Positions 8,548 through 18,952 of a DNA stretch of 64,000 bases are shown in pieces. Within the stretch, counting starts at the first letter, position 1. The number at the start of each line of letters is the position of its first letter. The DNA comes from Burkholderiales bacterium (GTDB lineage Bacteria > Pseudomonadota > Gammaproteobacteria > Burkholderiales > Burkholderiaceae_C). The notes under the pieces are model-generated. The model was given only the letters and a program-made list of their open reading frames with translations. It did not search any database and was not told where the DNA came from. The stretch spans positions 29,043 through 93,042 of the forward strand of contig JACRBA010000134.1 in assembly GCA_016213265.1 (NCBI GenBank), written 5' to 3'. The position numbers and the translations under genes were made by a program.

Positions 8548-10962
8548 TCAGGGCTCGATCTGGTCGTCAACCACCATGGTGGACACGGCGCTTGAGTAAG
8601 GGCCGCAGTTCGTCGCCGCGTCACATGCTTTCACCCTGAAGTAGAGACGCCCCGGTGTCGAAAAACTTGTAAGCTTGGCCAGACTAGGGCCCGTATAAAG
8701 CGTATGGTAGACCTCTGAGGTTCCAATTTTCCTCTCGAGGATATACTTCTCGGCCGCCGCTACTGCAGTCCACCGCACCTCGAACATACTGCTCGCGCGG
8801 GCAGATTGCGGGGCTGTGAGCAGGGGCGCTGCAAACGACATTGGTGCCGAAACCGTCACGGTCTTGATCGCAGAATAGGCACTGCATTGACCATAGGCAT
8901 TACACGCTCGGAGACGGTACTTCAGCGTAGCCGCACTTGGATAGATAAGCGATTGTCCATTGCCTGCGCCCCCGTAAATGGTACCGAAGCTATCGCTGCC
9001 CACACTCCGCTCCAGTACATAGAGCACCGCCCCGGGCACTGAAGACCAAGAGACGTCGTGCGCCTGTCCCGCGACCGCATTGGCAGGCGCGCTGAGAGTC
9101 GGCGCACTGATGCCAGGCGGGGGCGGGTCTGACGTGGTCGTTGGAGCGCTGTTACGCGTGACCAGCTTGGGCCGTGCTGCAAGATCAAATTCGTTAATAG
9201 ATCGCCGAAATGCCGTGCCCTGCTGAATCGTTTCCGACGCAGTCTGGGGACGGTGGAATTCGCTCGCAAACCCTTCCTTGTAAAGCTTCAGACTGCGTCC
9301 GAACTTTGCAGGATAAACCTTGTCTAACTGGCTAAAGTCGTAGGCATAATTCTCGACGCGAAGTACCTCGTCGGGAGATATTCCCGTTTCGACTTTCAGA
9401 AGCTTGCCCTCATTATAACGATAGGAGTTACCGTGGCGATATCGTTGCCACACTCCCGGGCCTGTGACTGTCGTGACGCTGTACTTGGCGCAGTTCTCAT
9501 CAGTACAGAACGGCTTCTCGCAGTCATACACATTGAAGTCGCACACCGGCCAATATACCGTCGTCCCATATGAAACCGGCGGGTACGCATTGGGTTGATA
9601 CGTGTAACTCCACACCGCTTCTGTCAAGCCTGGCCCATATACCTTCTTTGTCTCGAGCGTCAGACTGTAGCCACTAGTGGCATACAGGTTCACATCATCG
9701 TTCTGATTGTTGTCTATTCCCTTCTTGGGGGAAGGAGGCAGAAAGTCGGTTGTCACGTTTCGGCAGTTGATCGGAACGTAACTGCGGCCGTGCTCTTTTA
9801 TTCCCAAGGTGAACTCCGCCGTCGCCCCTGCTGGGTGCGTCAGCTTACCGGTGAACTTCGTAGAGACGTTCATCGGCGTTTCGTTCATCGTGCAGGTTCG
9901 CATGATTTCACCTGGCGGAGGCGCTTCATTGAACTTGATTTCGGCGTTGGTCAGAGGGCCCAGCTCAATGGTCCATGCGCTATTGTCGGGCAGAGTAACC
10001 GCGGTTAGGGTTCTTCGGCCGGAGGTTGTGCTTGCATACGCGTACCGCCACGTGCGAGTTCCGTCCGATACGCTGGAAATGGTGGCTCCCGTGTATCCTA
10101 TAGTGAGCGTGCGGCCATCGCTCGCCTCGATCCTTGTCAGCTTCCCGGGCTCATCCGCAAGATTGCTGTAAGTATATTTGACATAGTTTCCAAACCGGTC
10201 TTCCACCCGGGTGGCATACAGGAAATTCTTCTTCCTTGCGAGTGTATGCGTGACCCGAATACCATCCGGAAGGTGTTCAACGGCGGAAGTGGCTGCCTCC
10301 CGCGTCTGCCCCATGTGATTGAACCAGTAGCGAGTGCCGTCGGGCGTGCGCGCGAGAAAACCCTCCCCGTCTTCGTTCTGATTGGAAGCCAAGCACGAAA
10401 CGTGGACGCGCTCATTCGTTACCCAGTAATACGCCTGCCCATCCGATGGCTTCTCGACGTTTGGCTCCGTACGGAGAAGCTCGCCGGTCGAAATGCCCGG
10501 AATGTTGATCTGAGAACCCTGCCAGAAATCAAGGGGCTCAAAATAGCTATCCGCAGGTCGTGGAATACCCGCTTCAGTGCACCGCTTAACCGACTTGTTC
10601 AAGCCCAGGACCCAGTTGGGGGCAAATACCCCGCTGATGCTCGGCACATCAACTGTCCAGTCCGCCAGCATTCCAAGATCGCCGTAGTCTTTTCGACTGA
10701 AGACGTTGTATGTTCGACGAAACTCAACTTTGAGTGCGTTATTGCCTGGTAGGCTCACGTCAGTGGCCTCAAAGGACAGCCCGCCATTGGACAAGCTGAC
10801 GAGCTCTCCAGCGAAATTTGGGCCAAGCGGCTGGACTTTCTCGCTGGCCTTGATTCGCTGCGCGAATTCCTCCCAGATGAACGGCGTCGGACTGCTTTGC
10901 GTCCAAGCAGGGCCGGCCAAAGAAGAAGCGGCCATCGCCGCCAGCAGACGGATTACTTTCAC
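8548..10962 (-). CDS. Secreted Rhs N-terminal-half protein with two C-terminal FN3-like domains
   Basis: GTG start after GGAGGAG, signal peptide, VSLSNGGLSFEATDVSLPGNNAL..RVEDRFGNYVKYTY; two APTL..WSSV..YVLER..YRLRACN repeats; no Rhs core. Confidence 0.8.
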   Translation of the reverse strand: MKVIRLLAAMAASSLAGPAWTQSSPTPFIWEEFAQRIKASEKVQPLGPNFAGELVSLSNGGLSFEATDVSLPGNNALKVEFRRTYNVFSRKDYGDLGMLADWTVDVPSISGVFAPNWVLGLNKSVKRCTEAGIPRPADSYFEPLDFWQGSQINIPGISTGELLRTEPNVEKPSDGQAYYWVTNERVHVSCLASNQNEDGEGFLARTPDGTRYWFNHMGQTREAATSAVEHLPDGIRVTHTLARKKNFLYATRVEDRFGNYVKYTYSNLADEPGKLTRIEASDGRTLTIGYTGATISSVSDGTRTWRYAYASTTSGRRTLTAVTLPDNSAWTIELGPLTNAEIKFNEAPPPGEIMRTCTMNETPMNVSTKFTGKLTHPAGATAEFTLGIKEHGRSYVPINCRNVTTDFLPPSPKKGIDNNQNDDVNLYATSGYSLTLETKKVYGPGLTEAVWSYTYQPNAYPPVSYGTTVYWPVCDFNVYDCEKPFCTDENCAKYSVTTVTGPGVWQRYRHGNSYRYNEGKLLKVETGISPDEVLRVENYAYDFSQLDKVYPAKFGRSLKLYKEGFASEFHRPQTASETIQQGTAFRRSINEFDLAARPKLVTRNSAPTTTSDPPPPGISAPTLSAPANAVAGQAHDVSWSSVPGAVLYVLERSVGSDSFGTIYGGAGNGQSLIYPSAATLKYRLRACNAYGQCSAYSAIKTVTVSAPMSFAAPLLTAPQSARASSMFEVRWTAVAAAEKYILERKIGTSEVYHTLYTGPSLAKLTSFSTPGRLYFRVKACDAATNCGPYSSAVSTMVVDDQIEP

Positions 10963-11758
10963 GCGAACTCCTCCCCACATTTTTGCCATGACGTGACGTC
11001 GACAGACGGCATCCCGGCCATTCCTTACATTGCGGGCGATTCTTTCGTGCGCAGGCTGCGGGCGCAATGCTGTTTCCGCTGTCAGATCGTTCGATCGTTC
11101 ACGTCTTCTAGGGGGATCGGCCGCGAGTGAGGCCGCTGCAAGAGGTCTTTCTGTGCGCCCTCATCGTAGGCGGAGCTTTGCGTGCGACGAAAGATCCGCC
11201 CTTGGGCCCCCAACTCCGTTGCCCCTCTCTTGCCCCTCTCTATTGAGAAGTGGGTGCTCACCGAGCCGTTGATCCGTGGGCCTTGAGTTCCCTGGCCCAT
11301 TGGGCTGTGGTTCCCCGATCGTCAAGTGGAGCGCATCAGCACGGACAAGGACGGGCTGCGCGAGTGCCGAGGTGCAGCGTGGTCAGTTGCGAATGACCAC
11401 GCCGCCCCAAGGAGACATTAGGCGATGGGTTCGATCAAGCGTTTCCCTGGGGCGCGACATGGCCGCTCACTGGAGCTGAACGGTGAGCCCTGCGTGCATC
11501 GCTTCCTCGGCTTGCCCCTCTTCGCGGGGTCCGACACCGTCGAGCCCCTCGTACAGTTTCCCCACGCTTGCAGGTGATCGAGATGATGCGTTGAGCCCGG
11601 CAGATCCCCACGAACCGCGGGCCGTCCTCGCCCTTCGACCAGATCGCGGCAATCTGCCCGCCACAGGCCCTCTTGGTATACGACCCGGGGTGACCTAAGA
11701 TGCGAGCAGCGGAACCAGAGGTCCGATCTAACAAGCGAGCCCTGAGGGAGGGAAAGCA

Positions 11759-14700
11759 ATGCAGCAGTGGCATCTGCGTGCGCTCGTCGCATGCATCACC
11801 GTCTATGCCGGAGCGGTCTTCGGCGCGGTGACTTACGAAGCGCCGAACCTTAAGAGCACTGTGATCGCCGGGTCCCTACCCGGTGAAGTCAGCGTGTCGC
11901 CCTCCGGCGCGGCGACCTACGGTTTTGAGCTAACTGCCCCGCCCGGTACAGCGGGCGTCACGCCCAAGCTGAGCATGAGCTATGGAAGCCAAGCCGGCAA
12001 TGGCTACCTGGGCGTCGGCTGGCAGCTTGGCGGTGTGCCACAGATCACGCGTTGCGCGAAGCGGGTGGTGAGCGACGGGGTCGCTCGAAGCGTCGCCCTC
12101 ACCCAAGACGACGAGTACTGCTATGAAGGGCAGCGACTGGTCCTCATCGGTGGCACTCGTCACGGTACCGCCAACTACCGGCTGGAGCGCGACGACTACA
12201 CCTGGATCAAGTCATTTCAAGGCAGCAGCACGCTCGCTGACGGGCCGGAGTACTGGGAGATTCGTGACCGGTCCGGCATGATCCGGCTGTTCGGGAGCAC
12301 GAGTTCATCACGCATCGAGGCTCAAGATCGCAGTGTCGTGCTGGCCTGGGCAATGTCGCGCCTCGAGGACCGCCGGGGAAATTACGCGGCATTCGAGTAC
12401 GTCGAGAACAACGCAGCAGGCGAGTTCTACCTGGACAAGGTGCGGTACACCGGAAACGACCGCGCGAGCCCGGTGCAGACCACGTATCACGCACTGCGAC
12501 TCGTGTATGAGGCGCGTCCGGATCTGTACGAAGGTTTCGTGGCCGGTGCCCGTGTGCAGCGGACCAAGCGCCTAAAGGCGGTTCAAGCGTGGGTCAACAC
12601 GGCCGCTGACGGAACAGCTGGTTCGCTGGGCAGAGAGTGGCGACTCAGCTACCTGCGGGACACACTGAGTGGCAGGAGCTTTCTCAACAGTGTCATGGAT
12701 TGCGGCGGCGACGGCACCTGCCTTCCAGCGACCCAGTTCTCTTACTCCCAGCCGAACGCCGCAGCCAAGGTCTTTAACGCAGCCGGCAGCGGCAATTGGG
12801 GTGGACCGGCCGTCCAGTTCCAGTCTCAGGACATTCATGGCGACCGTTCCCAGCAGTTGAAGACCCAGGTCAGCATGGGCGACTTCAATGGCGATGGGCG
12901 TACTGACCTGATCAGGGGCGACGGAACGGCGAACTGGAAGGTGTGCCTGTCCACGGGCACTGCTTTCACATGCTCCACTTGGACAGGGCCCGCCTCGCTG
13001 ACCAAGGACGCCACTTTCGGCGACTTCAACGGAGACGGACGAACCGACCTGGCCTGGTACCCGAAGGTGGACGGCGCAGGCGTCTGGAAGGTGTGCTTGT
13101 CCACAGGATCCGCCTTCAGTTGCTCTGACTGGCTGGGCGCAGGCGTCGTTACCGTCTACAAGAACGGGCAGCACTACGGCCACTCCGTGGGCGACTTCGA
13201 CGGCGATGGCCGCGATGACATTCTCGTGGCCAGCGTCAATGGGTCTCAGTACCTGTGCAAGTCGGCGGGTACATCGTTCGTGGACAACGCCTGCCAAGCC
13301 TTTCCAGGCGCGAGGTCCTTCCTGTACTACGCCGTCGACATGACGGAAGAGGACCGGGTCGCCTTCCAGCGAAGCCAGCAGTCCGGTGATCTGGATGGAG
13401 ACGGCCGGGTCGACATGGTTCAGCTGCAAGGCTGGCGCACCGATCCAAAGGTCTACCCTCCCGCCAAGTTGTCCGGAGTTCGCGCAGGCGACACGGCATT
13501 CACTGCTTTCGGAGTCGCATCGTCCGGACGCATGCTCCTTGACAAGCAGTCGATGCCGGGAGACGGCCGGTTTGTGGACCTGAACCAGGACCCGTTTGAC
13601 AGCTACGGCGACGTCGTTACAGGCTTCACGCAGGTTGACGGCGACGGCAGCTTCATCACCGAGGTCTGCCGCTCAAACGGCTTGACGCTGCTGCCTTGCC
13701 AGCAACTGGCCGGCGTAACGGCGTCCAACTTTGATGTAGGCGGGATCGGTGACTTTGATGGCGATGGCGTGCCGGACGCGAAGGTATCCGGGGGCATCTG
13801 CCGCTTCAATCCGTCGGGCGTAACGGCCGGTAGCTTCGATTACGCGTGCGATATGGATTGGACGGGCGCTGCGCCGCCTGCCGGTTATGTCGACACGTTC
13901 TCCGGCGATTTCAATGGAGACGGCGTGAAGGACAGTGCCCGGTACATCCGGTCGAGTGATTCGACGGGTTACTGGGACATTCAGCTGACCGGTCATGTTG
14001 GCTACTCCGGGTTGCTTTCCGAAGTGAAGAATGGATTCGGGAAGGCGACCCGCATCGAGTACGGCGGCCTGCACGAGGGCGATGTCTATACGCCCGGTGC
14101 GGCAACGACATATCCGGTACGCAACCTGCTATCCGGTCCTCCTGTTGTCAAGCTGGTCCGCAGGGACAACGGCTTGGGTGGATGGCTAGACACCACCTAC
14201 AGCTACACCGCACTGCGCAAAGATGCCCGCGGGCGGCCGCTCGGCTTTGCGACGGTCGCCGAGAAGAGCCTCGTCTCCGGCGTGACCACCACAACAACGT
14301 ATAGCCAAGACCATGTGAACTGGGCCACGGTGGGGACGCCGGTACGGATCAGGTCCACCCATTCCAACGGAACGGTGCTGTCCGACACGGTCAACACACT
14401 GAAGACGATCCAGACCGCCTCCTCAGTGCAGACTTGGTTCCCTTACGTCCAGCGTTCCGTGACGACAACCAAGGATCTGGGCGGCGAACTGGTATCCACG
14501 AAGACGGTCGCCGTCACGGCCACGCCGGACGACACCGACGGGATCGACGATTACGGCAACACCTTGTCGTCGACGACCACCGTGGTGGACGGCAATGGCG
14601 AGACGTTCGTGACCCGAACGGTCAGCGAGTTCCGGAACGACGCCGCAAGAGCACTGTATGGGCTGCCCACTCGGGTGACCGTGACCAACAGCGCGCCGGG

Positions 14701-17700
14701 GGTGCCGGACCTGTCGCGAACGTCCACCCGCAGCTACGACACGGTGACAGGCCAACTGCTGACAGAAACGACAGAACCCGATGCGCAGGCGTTCACCCTC
14801 ACGACAACGTATACCCGCCATGCCACCTACGGTGTGGTGACGAAGAAGTCGCTCCAGTGGTGGGATCCGGTCGCGCAGGCAGCCCGCACACGCGACGTCG
14901 AGACCGTGACGGCCTGGGATGCCCGTTACCGCTGGCCGCTCCAAGTGAAGAACGCCAAGGGGCACCTGGTAAACCGCACGTACGACGATCGCAGTGGTCA
15001 CGTCCTATCCCAGACGGATCCGAACGGGCTCACAAGCCGCTGGGCATTTGACACGTGGGGCCGGACGCTGAGTGAGTCACGTCCGGACAGCACCAAGAGA
15101 ACGTGGGCGTACCGCACCTGCATCAACACCTGCGCCAATGGCGCCACCTCGGTCGTCATCACCGAAGATTGGGCACGGGTCGGCAATGCGGATGAACGTA
15201 CCGTGCTGCCGCGCGAAGACTTCCAAGATCGCCTTGGGCGAAAGGTGCTGTCACGGACCTGGAACACCAAGGGCAACACGATCTACACGGACCGCGTCTA
15301 CGACGCACTGGGACGACTGGACAAGGTGTCCAAGCCTCACCTTGGGGCAGAACGTTCACCTGACCAACGGGTCTGGACTCGCCTGCAAAGCGATGATCTG
15401 GCTCGTTTCGTCAGGGTGGAGCGACCGAATGCGGATGGCACCGGCGTTGATGTCGACATCATCACGTATACCGGACTGTCAGTTGTCCACACGCGGCCGC
15501 AGCGGCAGGGCCTGAGCCAGCCACAGAAGCGCACGGACCTCAGCAATGGGATGGGCAAGCTCAAGAAGGTGACGGACGCCGCGGGCCAGTCGACGGAATA
15601 TGGCTACGACGCTTTCGGCCAGCTGCTGACGGTGAAGGACCCACTGGGCAACGTGATCCGCGTGACCTATGACCGCCTCGGCCGGAAGACCCAGCTGAAG
15701 GATCCCAATCTCGGCACGTGGACCTATGGAGTTGATCCTTTAGGCCAGACCTATACCCAGACGGATGCCCTGAACCGGACCACGACGTTCGTGTACGACG
15801 AGCTGGGTCGTCTGGTCAGCCGGGTCGAGCCGGACCTGCAAAGCGCCTGGGTGTACGACACGGCGCCCCGCGGGGCGGACCAAGCCTGGCTGGGCCTGCT
15901 AGCGGAGGCATACACCGGGCCCGCAGATGCGAAGACCTATCGCCGCGTGCATACCTACGACGCCAAGGGGCGTGAGCAGAGCGTCAAGACGACGTATCCG
16001 ACCGACTGGGACTACACGGTCTCTCGTGGATTCAACGCCTACGGGCAGATGACGTCAGAGACACACCGCCGGGACCCAGTCGGCCTGACCAGTGGCCGTT
16101 CAGTCACCTTCTCGCTCACCTACGACAACGAGGGGCAGATCGTTGAAGTGGGCAGAACAGGAAAGGCAACGCCGCTATGGACGTTGATCAGCCAGAACGC
16201 AGCCCGCCAGACCACCGAAGAGGACTTCACGAGCGCTGGGCTGCGCACCTTGCGTGGGTACAACCCGTTCACCGATCGGCAGACCCGTATCCAGACGGGC
16301 CGGGCGGGAACGACCCCGGGCACGCTACTGAGCGCAGGAGTTCAAGACGACGACTACACGTACGATGAGGTCGGCAACCTGGTGACCCGAGTTCAGCTGG
16401 GGACCGGATCCAGCCGGTTTACCGAGATGTTCACGTACGACGAACTCGACCGCGTCCGGACGGCACGCATTGGCACCACCGTGGCCGACTTCAGCTATGA
16501 CGCAGCCGGCAATCTCACCGCCAAGACCGGCGTAGGCGTATACACGTACCCGTCGCCTGGCGCCAACAGTGTGCGGCCGCATGCCGTCAGCGGCATCGCC
16601 GGCAGCGTCATGGGTCTCACCAATCCCAACTTCTCCTACGACGCCAACGGGAACCTGCTCCGCGGCCTTAACCGCGCGTATGGCTGGACCACTGCGAACC
16701 TGCCGAACCGCATCGACAAGCTCCAGGGAAACGCCGCCGTCGAGCGGACGGAGTTTGTCTACGGGCCCGACCGCCAGCGTCTGCAGCAACTCGTCCGGCC
16801 CGTCTCAGGCGGCGTCGCTGGAAGCCCCACCCGTGTCATCCGCTATGCGGGCGCCATCGAGAAGGAGATCGACTACACCGCAGGGACGACGCGCATCCGG
16901 ACCCAGATGCCCCTGGGGCTTGGTTGGTACGAAGAGGTCGCCGATGACACCGCCAACGACGCAACGCAGGCGCCGGCACGCACTGCAGAGCGCTACTCGC
17001 ACGGTGACCGCCTGGGAAGCCTGGTAGCAGTGACCGGCGCAGACGGCAACCTACTCCAGCGGTTCAGCTACGACGCCTGGGGCAGGCGACGGCGCCTGGG
17101 CGGTTCGGATGACAGCTGGGACTGGAACGCCAATGGCGGCTTTGGTGACAAGGCGCTGTGGAACAACTACGGGCACGATGGCTACACCGGCCAAGAGCAA
17201 ATCGACCAGCTCGGGCTTGTGCACCTAAACGGCCGAGTGTACGACCCCATTTCCGGGCGCATGACCAGTGCGGATCCCACAATTCCCGACCCTACAAATC
17301 TGCAGGCCTTTAACCGGTACAGCTATGTGCTGAACAATGGCCTCGCGTTCGTCGATCCAAGTGGATTCTCCGGATCTCCTGTCGAGCAAGAGAGCAAAGT
17401 TACCCTTTCCAACCCCGCCCCCGAAGAGCAAAAAGCCAGTAGCGCCACATTTGGAAGCGTTTGCAACCGTCCAATGCCATGTGACGGAGTAATTCGCTAT
17501 GGAGATGAAAGCCCGCAAGGATCAGCCGATGCCGCAAAGGGAGCAAAGGGAACAGCCGGCGATCTTCAACGCGAAACCGCTGCGACGATTGGCAACGCGG
17601 CCAAGGTTGCTATTGGCAACGCGATACCCGATGCAGTCAACGGCGGTGCGTCTTGGCTGGAAAGGCTCTTCCACACATCGGATGGCGCCCTCGGGCGGAT

Positions 17701-18190
17701 GAGCCCCTGGGTTGATGTCCGAAACGATGTTGCGCAGGATGCGGCTGGCGATCTACGTGGGGTGATGGGTACCGCGCTGGCTTTTGGGCCGGTGAGGTTT
17801 GGGGCGTCTGCTGAGGCGGGTTCGATCCGTGGGGTGAACGCTATCGGCGGCACGATGAACTGCGTCAATTGCGTTATTGCAACCGACGCGACATTGGCCG
17901 GTCGACCAGCATCTGCGCTCGGCGGGGGGCCGTTCCGAATCAGCGTTCTGGAGAAGACTTTTGGTGGGCGGTTCAGTGCGTCGATGTCGAGTGGCGCAAT
18001 TTCCGATGCGCTGTCAGCCAGTGGCCCAGGCTCTCGAGGCATCGTGTTCGGATCTCGAGGTGCCGGTGAGGTCGGCCATGTGTTTAACGTTGTGAACCAG
18101 AACGGTGTCGTGCGATTCCTGGATGGGCAAACGGGTCGAGCTGCGTCACTTGAGGGCTACAAGAGCTTCCAATTGCTGAGGACAAATTGA
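11759..18190 (+). CDS. Large secreted Rhs toxin: SpvB-like, FG-GAP/VCBS, TcdB-middle-like and YD repeats, C-terminal papain-fold (Tox-PL-like) domain
   Basis: Signal peptide; VSPSGAATY..PPGTAGVTPKLS..GYLGVGW; repeated GDFNGDGRTD; core HLNGRVYDP..FVDPSG; tip NCVNC..GHVFN..FLDGQ triad. Confidence 0.92.
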   Translation: MQQWHLRALVACITVYAGAVFGAVTYEAPNLKSTVIAGSLPGEVSVSPSGAATYGFELTAPPGTAGVTPKLSMSYGSQAGNGYLGVGWQLGGVPQITRCAKRVVSDGVARSVALTQDDEYCYEGQRLVLIGGTRHGTANYRLERDDYTWIKSFQGSSTLADGPEYWEIRDRSGMIRLFGSTSSSRIEAQDRSVVLAWAMSRLEDRRGNYAAFEYVENNAAGEFYLDKVRYTGNDRASPVQTTYHALRLVYEARPDLYEGFVAGARVQRTKRLKAVQAWVNTAADGTAGSLGREWRLSYLRDTLSGRSFLNSVMDCGGDGTCLPATQFSYSQPNAAAKVFNAAGSGNWGGPAVQFQSQDIHGDRSQQLKTQVSMGDFNGDGRTDLIRGDGTANWKVCLSTGTAFTCSTWTGPASLTKDATFGDFNGDGRTDLAWYPKVDGAGVWKVCLSTGSAFSCSDWLGAGVVTVYKNGQHYGHSVGDFDGDGRDDILVASVNGSQYLCKSAGTSFVDNACQAFPGARSFLYYAVDMTEEDRVAFQRSQQSGDLDGDGRVDMVQLQGWRTDPKVYPPAKLSGVRAGDTAFTAFGVASSGRMLLDKQSMPGDGRFVDLNQDPFDSYGDVVTGFTQVDGDGSFITEVCRSNGLTLLPCQQLAGVTASNFDVGGIGDFDGDGVPDAKVSGGICRFNPSGVTAGSFDYACDMDWTGAAPPAGYVDTFSGDFNGDGVKDSARYIRSSDSTGYWDIQLTGHVGYSGLLSEVKNGFGKATRIEYGGLHEGDVYTPGAATTYPVRNLLSGPPVVKLVRRDNGLGGWLDTTYSYTALRKDARGRPLGFATVAEKSLVSGVTTTTTYSQDHVNWATVGTPVRIRSTHSNGTVLSDTVNTLKTIQTASSVQTWFPYVQRSVTTTKDLGGELVSTKTVAVTATPDDTDGIDDYGNTLSSTTTVVDGNGETFVTRTVSEFRNDAARALYGLPTRVTVTNSAPGVPDLSRTSTRSYDTVTGQLLTETTEPDAQAFTLTTTYTRHATYGVVTKKSLQWWDPVAQAARTRDVETVTAWDARYRWPLQVKNAKGHLVNRTYDDRSGHVLSQTDPNGLTSRWAFDTWGRTLSESRPDSTKRTWAYRTCINTCANGATSVVITEDWARVGNADERTVLPREDFQDRLGRKVLSRTWNTKGNTIYTDRVYDALGRLDKVSKPHLGAERSPDQRVWTRLQSDDLARFVRVERPNADGTGVDVDIITYTGLSVVHTRPQRQGLSQPQKRTDLSNGMGKLKKVTDAAGQSTEYGYDAFGQLLTVKDPLGNVIRVTYDRLGRKTQLKDPNLGTWTYGVDPLGQTYTQTDALNRTTTFVYDELGRLVSRVEPDLQSAWVYDTAPRGADQAWLGLLAEAYTGPADAKTYRRVHTYDAKGREQSVKTTYPTDWDYTVSRGFNAYGQMTSETHRRDPVGLTSGRSVTFSLTYDNEGQIVEVGRTGKATPLWTLISQNAARQTTEEDFTSAGLRTLRGYNPFTDRQTRIQTGRAGTTPGTLLSAGVQDDDYTYDEVGNLVTRVQLGTGSSRFTEMFTYDELDRVRTARIGTTVADFSYDAAGNLTAKTGVGVYTYPSPGANSVRPHAVSGIAGSVMGLTNPNFSYDANGNLLRGLNRAYGWTTANLPNRIDKLQGNAAVERTEFVYGPDRQRLQQLVRPVSGGVAGSPTRVIRYAGAIEKEIDYTAGTTRIRTQMPLGLGWYEEVADDTANDATQAPARTAERYSHGDRLGSLVAVTGADGNLLQRFSYDAWGRRRRLGGSDDSWDWNANGGFGDKALWNNYGHDGYTGQEQIDQLGLVHLNGRVYDPISGRMTSADPTIPDPTNLQAFNRYSYVLNNGLAFVDPSGFSGSPVEQESKVTLSNPAPEEQKASSATFGSVCNRPMPCDGVIRYGDESPQGSADAAKGAKGTAGDLQRETAATIGNAAKVAIGNAIPDAVNGGASWLERLFHTSDGALGRMSPWVDVRNDVAQDAAGDLRGVMGTALAFGPVRFGASAEAGSIRGVNAIGGTMNCVNCVIATDATLAGRPASALGGGPFRISVLEKTFGGRFSASMSSGAISDALSASGPGSRGIVFGSRGAGEVGHVFNVVNQNGVVRFLDGQTGRAASLEGYKSFQLLRTN

Positions 18191-18471
18191 TGTCTAACGT
18201 CAACAAAGCATCTGCTCTCGCCCTTGCTCGCGAGAGGGTTCACGGGCTCGGTCAGGCGGTTGGAGATGAGTTCGAGATCTTGCCCGACGCCACGAGAGAG
18301 GTTGAGTGCGGGTGGGTGTTCTTCTTCAACACGGCAGACTTCGTGAAGACGCGAGATCCTGCATCTGCCCTGGCAGGCAATGGTCCGATCCTCGTTACGC
18401 GCGAGGGTTTGATTCAGGAGTTGTCTAGCTCGATTCCGCTGGAAGCAGCCCTGAAGGAGTTGGGGATCTGA
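18187..18471 (+). CDS. YrhB/Imm35-family immunity protein
   Basis: GWVFFFNT..LAGNGPILVT motif; start overlaps toxin stop (TGATG at 18188-18192). Confidence 0.8.
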   Translation: MMSNVNKASALALARERVHGLGQAVGDEFEILPDATREVECGWVFFFNTADFVKTRDPASALAGNGPILVTREGLIQELSSSIPLEAALKELGI

Positions 18472-18529
18472 CCGTATCCGGAACAATTGTGGACGCCCGC
18501 CTTGCGTGGGCGTCGCTGCTTCTGGGGCG

Positions 18530-18762
18530 CTACCGCGCCGCCTCAATGAGTTCGATGTCCTTCTTGAGCAGCTCATTGACGAGCTGCCCGACCTCGACGC
18601 CACGAGCCTTGGCCCGCGCTGAGAGATAAGCCTGCACCTCAGCATCCAGGTACACCGGCAGGTTCAGCGCCGTGCCCGGCTTGAAGACTTGCCGCGCGTT
18701 CCCTTGGAGAAGTCGATCTCGGCGGGCATGTCGTCGTCGTGCGGATTGGCTTGCGTTCCCAT
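18530..18762 (-). pseudogene. BrnA-like antitoxin, frameshifted
   Basis: MGTQ..DMPAEIDFSKGTRGK then 1-nt shift near 18687 into FKPGTALNLPVYLDAEVQAYL..LVNELLK (RHH-like); could be a sequencing error. Confidence 0.65.
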
Positions 18763-18810
18763 CGTGGTCACCTTGTTCCTTTAGCTGCTGATCAGGCCGC
18801 TGGTCACCGC

Positions 18811-18815
18811 GGCTC
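18811..18815. repeat. 5-bp target-site duplication GGCTC (left copy)
   Basis: Identical GGCTC at 57202-57206 immediately outside the other IR. Confidence 0.9.
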
Positions 18816-18848
18816 GGGGTAATCGTATTTTTCCTGCAGATTGACACG
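18816..18848 (+). repeat. Left terminal inverted repeat
   Basis: GGGGTAATCGTATTTTTCCTGCAGATTGACACG. Confidence 0.92.
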
Positions 18849-18952
18849 CTGACCTAGAAAAACTCTAGCCGCGACAAGCACTTGCAAAACCGGTTCTTGC
18901 GACCCCTCGTGCTTTCGGTGCAGATTGACACGCTGCGGCTTGCCGCAGCCCT

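Noticed and set aside
10963-11758. Long intergenic region between the divergent Rhs genes
   Set aside because: No convincing ORF, riboswitch or repeat recognised; probably promoters
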